Positions 49,701 through 61,700 of a DNA stretch of 64,000 nucleotides are shown here, piece by piece. The DNA lies in NCBI GenBank assembly GCA_903813345.2, contig CAIIXF020000001.1, positions 14,942,001 to 15,006,000 of the forward strand, read 5' to 3'. Source of the stretch: Owenia fusiformis. Its lineage: Eukaryota. The number at the start of each line of letters is the position of its first letter. Position 1 is the stretch's first letter. Below the pieces are notes generated by a model, which did not search any database, had not been told where the DNA came from, and worked only from the letters and a program-made list of their open reading frames with translations. The translations under genes and the position numbers were made by a program.

Positions 49701-52700
49701 ATACTCTCGATATGTCATTACTGATATTGCAAAGTTACATAATCCTACATTGTATAGACGATATGTTGCAGGAAAGGATACATTAAAAAGAAAAAACAAA
49801 GACAAACCTCCTCTTAAACTTGAGCAACAACGACAAAACAGAGAGATATTGCCTGTAAACACGAGTACAGTTGGTTGCACCCATCTAGACTCCATTAGAG
49901 ACAATGACAACAATGAATACTTTTTGTTCCATGGTACTGGCGATGCCACCAGTGTTGACGGAATTTGTAAAAAAGGATTCCTTTTGAGCAGAGCAAGTAA
50001 GCATTCTCTCTTTGGGAAGGCTGTATATCTGGCAGAACGTTCAGTCAAGTCAGATCAGTACTGTGGTAAGTCTACATTCATTAGCCTATGCATAACCATA
50101 CATAACAGTATTACATGTATATTACCATTTGAAACGACGTTATAAAACAGGTGAGGTGAAATAAAAATATTGAATCACATTTTCGTTTTCCAAAATTACA
50201 ATATCGAATTAAACTATTTTTCCACATTTAATTTTAGATGGAAAAAGCTACGAGAATCTTCATATGTTTGTTGTTCGTACATGTTTAGGACGCTCCTTTC
50301 TGAATGATGACTTTAACAAGTATACTGATCTTCCATGCACAAAAAGGGGATGTATGGTTGAAAACTGTAGAAATCATCCTGAAAAGTTTGACACTATCGT
50401 ATCTGACCTTGGAGCCAGAATGAGATTTCGAGAGTTTTTGATATTTGACGAGACACATTGTTTTCCCGAATTTCTGATTGTATATGACAGAGTTGCAGAC
50501 AGCTAGCCTTCTTGTATTAGTAATGACTATTGTTTGCAGAAGCGATGAACTTTATCACCTCCCCATGGACCACGCATGTTGAGAAGGATTACAGATTATA
50601 AGTGTGAAATTATTTTATTTATGTTTCAGTTAATTTCAATATCTCTTTTGTTTCAATTCATTTATATTCATTCATAGAATCGGACAGTTTATATCTGAAT
50701 CAGCAACGCAAGTTGTCATTCAGTGCATAATGTGGAAACTTAGTACTGGAATATTCTTGGTGTGAAATTATTTCATTTAGATTAGGCCTAGTTAGGAAAA
50801 TGATGGGTAAGTGAGTGTTGATTTAAATTAAGAGTCAAGTTCAATAAGATCGCGGCCGGCTGTTGAAAAACAGTATCTTATTCGTTCGAACCCCATACGA
50901 GTCTTTGATTCTGTAAATATTCATTTGTAGATACAACATTTTGTACATTATGTTCTATATATTTGGAGTTATATTATAAAACTTTATAAACTCAAACTCA
51001 TTTGCTTTTGCTTTGGGCAAAGTGGTCATTCTGAAATAAGGTTAATTTTGTTTCCAGTGGATTTTCGAAAGTCCAAATAAAATCCCATGATATTCCGGCC
51101 CTAGCCACACTACCACATACTTGTTGTTAATAGTGGGGCTAAGTTCATTTCAGTGTATTTACCAACATTAATATGTTATTTTATAATTAAGTCAGCTTAT
51201 GTAATAATTTGTTCATGAAATGTTTTGTTTTATTGATAACAGTAGAACTACTCAATTGTCTGATAGAACTTAAAACAGACTAAAATTGAGTAATATTCAT
51301 GTCAACAATAGAGGTATTAAGACAGCCGATGTGGCAAAAAAAATTTTTTAAAAGAAAGGTCACAAACAAAGAGATATTTTAACTGTGTTGAAGAATTGAA
51401 ACGCTTAAAAATGGCTTGTTTTCTAAAATTGCCTAGAATAGCGTTAACATGTAGTGCAACAAATCCATCGTTGTTTGCAATAGGCATTCATTTTAATTTA
51501 CACTATGAGTGGTCAGAGCAGATGTATGCTGAATATACCAAGTATAAAAGGAACTTACTTGATTGTTACAGAGTGCTGCCTCGTAGTAGCTCCCAGGACA
51601 TTTTGTGTTCTTTGGCCTTAAAGATAAAACAAGCAAAATTAAAAATACTTCGTCAAACAATATCCAAAAATATAGTGCTTTAGTCCCTGATCTGGACGCT
51701 CTGAAAAAAGTTTTGTTGTCCGGTACTTTCCCACATAAAATGATTGTACCGTTTGAAAGAATAGACTTCCCTCTTTAAGAAAACACCTCTTCTATTGATG
51801 TAAACAGAGGCAAAAGGCACCAAAACGGGGTTAGACAAGGTAGCATTCTGAAGTCTCACTTTCTTGTCATCACGATTCCAGGTAAACCATCAGACGGATT
51901 TACTTCAAATTTTCACACATGTTACATGGTAAGAAGTTCTAGAGCTGATTAACTTTGCGGCGGCCATTTTGCATTCTGGCAGCCATCTTGGAATTTTTTT
52001 CAGATAAATATTGTCATCGCGATTCCACAAAAACCACATAACAGATGTACTTCAAATGTTCACACATGTTACATGATAAAAAGTCCTAGACCTCATTATT
52101 TTTTCGGTGGCCATCTTGCATTCTGGCAGCCATCTTGGAAGTTTTAAGATAAATCTTGTCATCACGATTTCAGGAAATCCAAACGGATTTACTTCAAATT
52201 TCCACACATGTTACATGGTAAGAAAATATAGAGGTGAATAACTTTTTGGCAGCCATCTTGCATTCTGGTGGCCATCTTGGAAATTTTGGGATAAATCTTG
52301 TCATCGTGATTCCAGGAAAACAACCTAACAGATTAACTTCAAATTTACACACATGTTACAAGGTATGAAGTTCTAGAGCTGATTAACTTTTCAGTGGCCA
52401 TCTTGCATTCTGACGGCCATTTTGGAAGGTTTATAGATAAATCTTGTAATCACGATTCCAGAAAAACCACTTCACAGTTTTACTTCGAATTTTCACACAT
52501 GTTACATGGTATGAAGTTCTAGAGCTGACTAACTTTTCGGTGGCCATGTTGCATGCCGTCGGCCATCTTGGAAGTTTTTAGATAAATCTTGTCATCACGA
52601 TTCCAAGAAAACCACGTAAGAGTTTTACTTCAAATTTTCACACATGTTACATGGTTGTAAGAAGTTATAGAGCTGATTAACTTTCCGATAGCCATCTTGC

Positions 52701-55700
52701 ATTCTGGCGGCCATCTTGGAAGTTTGTAGATAAATATAAAATACAGTCAAAGCATTTACCACCAACAGAGGATGCTCTCATTCTCCATATAAATAGAGCC
52801 AACTATCAGGCCTATATTTGGCGAAACGCAGGCAAATCAATGATTGATTATCAATCCCCCACATTACATGGTTGGACATTCAAAGGGAATAAACTACAAA
52901 TTAAGTGGATGGAAAACGGTCCTGCCCCACAAGAAATAATGGAGCTTGTTGCTTGTAGTTGTAAAGGAGCGTGTGACTCAATGAGATGTAGTTGTAAGAA
53001 ACAGGATCTCATTTGTGGAAGTTCATGTAAGTGCCGCAAAGGTGTGTCTGAGAACTGTCCAACCCATCAGCACGATGATGTTGATGAGAGCGACAATGAA
53101 TATGAACCAGTTGATGACACCATTACACCAAACGTTGAAGATCAGGAAGAAAATGAATTACCTGAAAATCTCTTACCTGACAACTGGATGAACCAACTTG
53201 TCAAAGTTGATGCCATAATATGAATTATCTCACCCTGTATATACACTGGTGATCCGCTCGATTACAGGTACGATTTGTCCTTATTCCTTATTTCATGCGT
53301 TGTAGGCAGAATCCTCTCGACGTTTTTTCTCACAAACGTGAATCAGTATCATATGTCTTAGAAAATGTACATGTTTGCGAAAAATAGCTCAGAAGACGAC
53401 AGAATCGTCGATTTAATTCCTAACTTAAGTTACATAAAGGTTTGGGTTAAAAGTGCAGATCTGAACTGTTTTTTCGAATTACCGTTTATGTAACTTAAGT
53501 GAGGAATTAAATGTACGATTATGTTGTCTTCTGAACTATTTGTTTGCAAATATGCACATTTTCTTAAACATATGATACTGATACATGTTTGTGAGAAAAA
53601 ATGTTGTGGGAATTCTGCCTACAAAGTGTGAAAGGAAAAAGGAAAAATCATACCTTCGATGTTCCCACATTTTGTTTCCGAAACAAACCATTTAGGTAAC
53701 CAGCATAATCGAGTGGATCACTATAATATACTTTAGTAGTCTTTAATAATGTTAGGGAGGATGAGTTGTAAGGCATAATATGTCATGTTAGATCATGATC
53801 TATACTATTTTTATTACAATTTACCAGTTACACTTTCTCCATGCTAGGTTCTGTTATAACTTTTGTTCCGTTTCCTATGGCATCCGTGCTTTATACATTT
53901 ACATTCACAATGGTCCCTTCCTGGTATATTTTTTTAGGTTTTATGACTGTTAAATTATATAGTCTAGTTAACACCACTTTATAAACAGGTTTATTATTAC
54001 TGGTGTAACTAACACAACGAAAAAAATATAATTAATTTATTTGATTTTATATAACATGAAATTATTTTTTCTTTTTGATAAAACATTGCTTATTAGAAAT
54101 ATATTTAGTTGAAAACTTAGAGTAAACAATCAGTTCTTCTATCACAGTTTATTTTGGTTCAGTAGATTTTTCTATACATTATTTTTATGTCACCACCACT
54201 AGTGATTGGGTGACATATTGTAATAGCTTCGAACGTTTATCTTGACACTGTTCAGTAGTTAATGTGTACTGTATACTTAACAAGGTGTGGTGACATTTTG
54301 CATTTTTCTGCATCGTCACTACTATTGAAAGCTTATGTTGATATTGTAGCAGTGTTTTTTAAGTTCTTTTTGTTGGTACAATTAGTTTCCAAACCCTTAC
54401 TTATATCGATCTGACACACAGTTTTAGTGCAGGTTTAAGTGATTTTTGTTGATTATTAAACGCAAAGAGCACATGTGTCTCAAACTCGCAACATTTTGGA
54501 TACAGAGCCCATTCACATAGTTTGACATGCTGGTGCTCTCAACCAGCTCGTTAGTTAATATCTGACTAAGAGACAGCTTGCTTTCCCGATGAAGAAACGT
54601 TGTCTGCAGCTTTTATGAGTACTAGTATCTACAACTATTTTTGATCTGTTTATTCCCATATTAGATTATTGTCTTGGGATATTCAGGTTTGATTTTTGTT
54701 TGCCAGTTTTACACTTTACAGTTTGCTTTTCCCACTAGGTTGCTTTACACTTTTTCCTTTCTCATTTGTCATTTTTGTTTATATTTAGTAAGGATATGAT
54801 ACGCAGGTCTCTCCTTCTGTGTGATCACCTGTCCAGAAGATAATTCAACTGCATGAAGAACATTTCATTGACATGATGCACAGTGAAAGGTTTTCCACAC
54901 ATTTACATTTTCGTTTAAAAGAGCTTTAATTCCGTTATATACTCAGATCAAGGCCAATTTAGCATACATTTCGCTCTCAAAAACCACTGTACAATAATGG
55001 ATTTCAAAGAAATGTTTGACGTTTTTAATAATCTTTTTCTTTTTGATGAAATGTAGTTATTTATTCTTAAAATCAATCGATGTCATACACAAAATGCATT
55101 TAAGTGGTATAAAGTACAGAAGCAGAGTAAAAATATGTATTTTAGAATATCACCATGTGTTACCCCATTGTAGCGCCTCTTGCCCATGTTTCTATCAATA
55201 TAAAACATGATAGCATACACCAAATATGCATTTATGTCAAATTATGTGGTTTAAAATACAGAAAAATAGATAACATTCTCCTTAGAATACCACCTTGTGT
55301 AACCCCACTTTACTGCCTTTTGCCCCTGTTTATATCAATATAAAAGGTAGCATGTAACCTTCCTTGTAACATGTGTAAAAGTTTCAAAAAAATCAGTAAA
55401 GTGGTTTTCCTGGAATCACAATGACAAGATTTATCCAAAAAACTTCAAAGATGGCCGCCAGAATGCAAGATGGCCTACGAAAGGTTAATTAGCTCTAGAA
55501 CTTCTTACCATGTAATATGTATGAAAATTTGAAGTAAATCCGTTTGGTTTTCCTGAAATCGTGATGACAAGATTTATCTTTAAACTTCCAAGATGGCTGC
55601 CAGAATGCAAGATGGCCACCGAAAAAATAATGAGGTCTACAACTTTTTACTATGTTACATGTGTGAACATTTGAAGTACATCTGTTATGTGGTTTTTGTG

Positions 55701-58700
55701 GAATCGCGATGACATCTAAAAAGTAATATACAAGTATTGTTAACTCACGCAGGAGAATCGCACGACCTTATTCTTTTTCTTACACCTCCTCCGCATGTGG
55801 AAGTACATTGAGTCCATGCACCCCACTGGCCCCAGGTACCCAGGACTACTTGGGGACGACCCAGGTTTTCCCACAATCTATCAGCATCTGTAGTCCAGTC
55901 CGTGCATCTCGTGTTCCGTCTACACCACTATTGAAAAATGAGATAGACGTGTATGTTTCTGCTCACTGTCCAAAATATACGTTTATTAATTGATTTTGCA
56001 CAATAGAGATCTCAGATATAATATATTTCAAGTTTGGAGTAAAATATAGAATGGCGCTCACTTTGTTTTCATAGCAATACGTTCCTTCTACGTTCCCTAC
56101 GCGGAAAGCTGTCCTAATATCATAGTTATCATAGTTGATACATTGTATGTGAGCATCACAGGTACCCTACAAGGAACGGGAAAGACCATTCTTAATATTG
56201 TATGCCATTAAAGTTATTGGTACATATTCATCTTATTAACTGCTTTGACCTTTTACAATACGATTTTTAAAGAATAATAGGATTTTACAATATTGTTGAC
56301 ATCTTACTAGTTGTGTCAACTTCTCAAAGGATTTTGAAATAATGAGAATTTTACAATATTATTGACACTATCGTATTGATCGCGCTGAGTTTTTACAATA
56401 AACATTTTCAGAGGATAACAGAATTTCGCATATACTGCGCTCTCTTTAAAGAAGCAAAGTCGAATTAACGGAAAGAGTAAATTTTGGACTCCTGGTTTTA
56501 CACAAATGGTTTATAAAAAGTACATTTCATATTCTTAAACTTCTAACATATATTCTGTTGACTTGTGTGTGACCCAAGTCCCCTCGCCCCGTGGTTACAA
56601 AGTATTCTTACCCTACTTGTACCATATATGTATCCCTTATTGCCATCATCTTTCATGTACGTAAAACTGGAGCCAAAGTGTTTCTCACATTGCTTATTAA
56701 TATCCAAACGTTGGCCTGGCAGTTCGTGTCCTTCTACCATATTAGGTAGTTGATAGTGCTCATATACGTTGTCATATACGCAAGCATTTGCACCTAATAT
56801 CCTGTAAACATAGTTCTCGATACAACACTGACAATGATCGCCATTAAAATATTTTAAAAATCCATATACTATGTATCCATCAATATACTAGGGTAGTAGG
56901 GTTCTGTTACAAAGTTCCGAATGTGGCAGAGTTATTGATAAGTAAAATATACCTCATCCTATTGATGAAACTCTCCGCTCCACATGGGGAGTAGCCAGTA
57001 GATCCACCACTCATCATATATCCTCTTGGTGACGGCAATCGACAGTCGTCACGTCCAGTGTAGTCAACATCGTGCCTCATACCCATACTGTAAAGCACAA
57101 GTCACATTTGCTCTACGGCGACAGTACGTCGTTCGTAGTTCGTTGAAATCAGTAAATTTCTACGGTGCTCGTAGGAAAACTGCGACCGCCTTGTGGTCAC
57201 CATGCGGCGAACCCAGGTTTTACAGGCCGTAGAAATTTTAACTTGCAGTAAGAGATGATCAGTGTAACATTTCATTGAAGCATCATGAGCAAGGTGTAAT
57301 AAGGTAGACATTCCGGTAACGTAGAGTGGGTTGAAATGCGCCTGTTATACAGGGTGTCCAAAAAAAAACAGGACCGTAAGAAAGTTGAATAACTCGGTCA
57401 ATTTTGCATATTTCGCCTTGAAATTTTAGAATTACTTAGTTCATTCAATGTGAATTTTGTTCCAAAAGTTTAATGATAATCTGTTCAGTGTGTCAAAAAC
57501 TACAGTCCTTTTCAAAACATGCTCAAAGTGGGCACTTCTCCTCTCTATGCACAAACGAATTCTGCGAACAAAGTTGTTAATGACCCTGACCTATACACAT
57601 TAATGTGGATGGTAAATATTGGGGTAGTTATTGCCCTCTTAAGATTGTTAGGGGCCTGTCAGTATACTCATTGGCTTTGAGAAATCCTCAAAGATAAAAT
57701 TTGGGGGATTTAGATCAGGCGAATGAGGTGCCCTTGCCCATATGGTTTGCGTTCTGCTGATGAGCTGATGAGCTGACCACCAAAGCATTGCCTAAACCAT
57801 TTCAGCATATCATTTGCAGTGTGGGGGTGGTATTGGCTTGTTGAAACCACTGCTTAATTATCTCCTTAGATGTCCCTTCTGGTGCTTAGTGACCTCCAAA
57901 ACTAGGTGAGAACTTACTGGTCCTTGTTCATGGTGATAGCACGTCCACAGTCACCTTCGAACCAAAAGGGACTGATGATTCCATGTTTCCTCATTGCCAC
58001 CCAGGCAGTGCATTGTTCAGAATGCAATGGATGCTGTAACACTTCATCAGGAGGATGTAAGCTCCAGTAGCAATTGTTCTTTGAACAAACTTGTCCATTC
58101 AGAAAGACATGTGTGTAGGAGGATCATCAACAACTTTGTTCGCCGGATTGAATTGAGCATAGAGATGAGAGGTGCACATTTGAGGCATGTTTTGTAAGGA
58201 GCTGTAGTTTTTGACTCAATTGATAGATTATTATCAAACTTTCACAACAAAATGCACATTGAATGAACTAAATAATTCTGAAATTTCAAGGCAAAATATG
58301 TAAAATTGACCGAGTTATTCAACTTTCTTACGGTCCTGTTTTTTTTGGACACCCTGTACTACTGTTATATATTAGGACTGTCTTGTCACGGATGAAAAGA
58401 TGAATGAAGTCAAAAATTATACAGACATTATTTGCAAGATGTTCACAGAACCATATTCCTCAGTTTAATTGGAGTAGTTTTTGTTTATAAAAAAGAAGAA
58501 ATGACTTAAGTGTCTCCATATGCTTACGTATGTCCCAGTTCATGAGCGACACATATGAGTCCACTGAAATGCGCATTTGCCTGGCATATAGAAGCAGTGT
58601 TTCTATTGTGACACAAACCGTTTACCCACGCCCAACCAACTGCTCCGCAAACGTTCCTGAATTAAAGTAAAACGTGTCTGGTTTAAAGGAAAATCGTTGT

Positions 58701-61700
58701 TCCCAATACAATAAAAAGAGGTGCATTGCATCACAGTCATCGTCACGTACCGAATTTATGTGCAGTTCCGCTTTGTTATTTGAAAGGTTGGTCATGTTCA
58801 TGCCAGACTATTGTAAAATGTACCAAAACGTTTCGCCATACATTAACTCACTTTACGACAAAATGTGCCACGTCCCATGCTCTTCTCTCGGGATGGGAAG
58901 CCTGATAACTAGCAGTGTTCCCCAAGGATTGGCAATCAGTCCGATTGTCACCATACCACTCTAACTGCAATATAAGTAGTCCACATCAAAATTTTACATC
59001 TGCAGTATAAAATATTGTGACGTGTCGCAAAAAGCTCGCGCACGCATTGTTACACATTTTGTGGCGTAATCCAGATAAGAGGATCCCCGCTTTTAACATG
59101 ATAGAATGAGACGTTTTTGAGAAAAATGTACACACATGAAAATCCTTTCGACCTCCACATTTACCTCTATATCTCAAAACATTTTAGACGAATAACTCTG
59201 ATATCATATATATATTGTTAATGGGCTAGGAGCATCATAAAACACGAATCAATTGATATTTTAGGTGAAATAAATATACGTGTTGCTGTGCTTGAAAATA
59301 GGCGAATGGCGTAAACTAGCCCTATTTTAATGAATTTTGAAAACCTTTCGTCCTCCACTTTTCCACATACAACAGAAATCACATACTTTTGTGAACAAAA
59401 TCAACTATTTATTAATAAACTAGAGTTTAGGAGCAAAATAATCATGTATGATTTATTAAAAATTGATCTCGTATTTTTTGTTTAATGTACACCTGAAAAG
59501 TTGAAGGTACCAAAAAATGAGCAAAAAAGGTCGCTGTCAACAGATTCTATTTTTCAGACTCTATGACGTCACAATATGGGACGCTTACTAAAATTCGTCG
59601 TTTGAAATAAAACTACCTTTATCAAGACGAAAAATAAGTATAATAGTCATATATTGTTTGAGTTATGAGCGTTTAAAGACGAAAAATAATTCAAAATGTA
59701 ACGTGTCAACATGGGATATTTGCCAGATGTTTTGGTAAAAAACTCTTTTTTAAAAACGAACGCGCAAAAAATGTGAACGGAGTGTAGTTGATCTAAAATC
59801 TTCATCGAAACAGCTTTAAAATGATATATAACTTTAATTAGAATATTATCTTATAATCCGGGGAATCAAAGTTACATTCACGCGATACCCTTAAAAAACA
59901 AATGCGCCACCTTTTTGCGACACGTCTGTACGTTGCCAACAAATCACCGGACATTTTATAAAACGTCGGTCATTGAAAAGGAATCTATGAGCCATTTATG
60001 TATTCATCTGGGTTTAACGAATAAATGAGATGGGTTGAAGGCACTCACCGGTGTCTGTTCATAAAAGAATACTCGCGTAAGAGTGGTGCTGATTGGACGA
60101 ACAAGTTTGTAGTCATGAAGCAGAGCACCTATCTGGAAAAGTCAAAAATCAGATGATAAGTCTACAATACTACTACTACAAGCTGTAAATATGTTACATT
60201 GATTTTGATAAAAAATACAGGGTGTCAAATAAGTCCCGCCCCCCTCTACAGCCAAAACCAAGATATTTGGTACCAAGTGTGATATATCATTGGAAAGGTC
60301 GTCCAAAGTTACGTTGATTGGCATATATCTGACACATGTCAATCAATCTCAGAAACTTTTACATTGTATCAATTGAGGTGACCATATGCCTAGAAACATG
60401 GCAATTTGGCGTATTTGGCACGATTTTAAGAATCGTATATAAGAAAGGTCACAGGACCAAAATATGACTAAATATGTTTATGGCGATGAATTTAACCTAT
60501 TTATGGATAGGGTTAGATGTGTAGAAAATAGAGGTGCAAGGAAAGTGGTGAAAACCTTTTTGTAACAAGTGGAATGTGAAAAAGATTAACTTTTTGATGT
60601 ATTTCTGAGGTCATATCCTTGTCATTTTGAAGCAAAAAAGCTACTTAAAGGAGGGCACGTTAATTTTAAAAGACATCATAAAAATATAGGTAAATTTCAT
60701 CCAAAATACTTGAGAGTTGGTGAGTTAACATAACTTTGGATGATCTTTCCAATGGTATATCACACTAGGTACCTTCTGTTAAGGTTTTAACTGTAGCAGG
60801 GGGGACGGGACTCATTTGACACCCTGTAAATAGAAAAGTCAGAGGAGTTGGCGTCTTTTTTTCAATTCTAACGAATTACACATTTTTAGCTTTAGATATT
60901 CACTAATCGTTGCTTTTGATCAATTTTGTTTGCATTATTTCTAAATATTTCTTCCAACGTGTCATACTCTGCTATTCTTTGCATTTACTTCAATGAAGGG
61001 TGAAGTTAGACAAGAAACCGACTGTGACAATATGGCAAATTGAGCCTGAGGCCCAGGAATGCGTTAAAAATGTTCAAAAAGTCCCCTAGTGTACTGAGTT
61101 AATGACAGTATTCCCGGGCCTCAGAATTGAACATTAATAAGCGTGAAGGCAACAATACCCCATTAATAAAGATGACGATGTAGCTTGTCATAGCGTCAAG
61201 GTCTCCATTGTATACTCGTGATATTTCTGCAGTTAGGTTTCCACCAATAAACATGCTTGTCTCAAAATTTGCAGGTCTTTCCTCTAGTGATTCAGCCCCT
61301 GTTTATGGATTTATACAGTTTGAGAAATATATTACACTGTGGCGTATAGTACGACATCAAAGAAATAAATGGTGGTATAAAGTGAATGACAGGCTCAGCC
61401 ATGCCATATTCTAAACCTGACCTGCTTCGCAGATATAGTAATAATCTGGTGTTGTTGAATGGCAATAGTCCACTTCCAAATTAAACGTATCATCCAGCCC
61501 ATCGTTGATTATAACACATTTTTGTTCTCTGTCATTTACATCTCCCACCAACTGATCCTGGATGTGTGCCGGCTGAAACATCATCAACAGATAACAGATA
61601 ATCATCACTGATTTTATTTGTGGACTGTTGATGTGCATCAATCATTCTGGACCACATGTTAACCTATACAAATGTCAGCTAGATCTAACACATAGTGCTA

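Larger units (their letters stand above)
51681..55718. mobile_element. Truncated Academ-like transposon in a protease intron with ~145-bp subterminal arrays
   Basis: Starts TAGTCCCTG. Six ~145-bp units (51863-52735) each carry two GCCATCTTG-type motifs. About 2.5 inverted units lie at 55370-55715. Contains the transposase C-terminal relic listed next. Confidence 0.75.

Noticed and set aside
49464-50048. 194-aa minus-strand ORF
   Set aside because: Antisense shadow of the PARP exon, with no splice fit to the protease.
52840-53223. Host tesmin/LIN54 or metallothionein gene
   Set aside because: The upstream LPPT.DAL..H..RANYQ..IW motif and the flanking repeat arrays indicate a transposase fragment.
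61573-61663. Alternative upstream acceptor for the second CTL exon
   Set aside because: Its frame hits TGA before the conserved CTL cysteines. The acceptor at 61572 gives an open, phase-correct exon.
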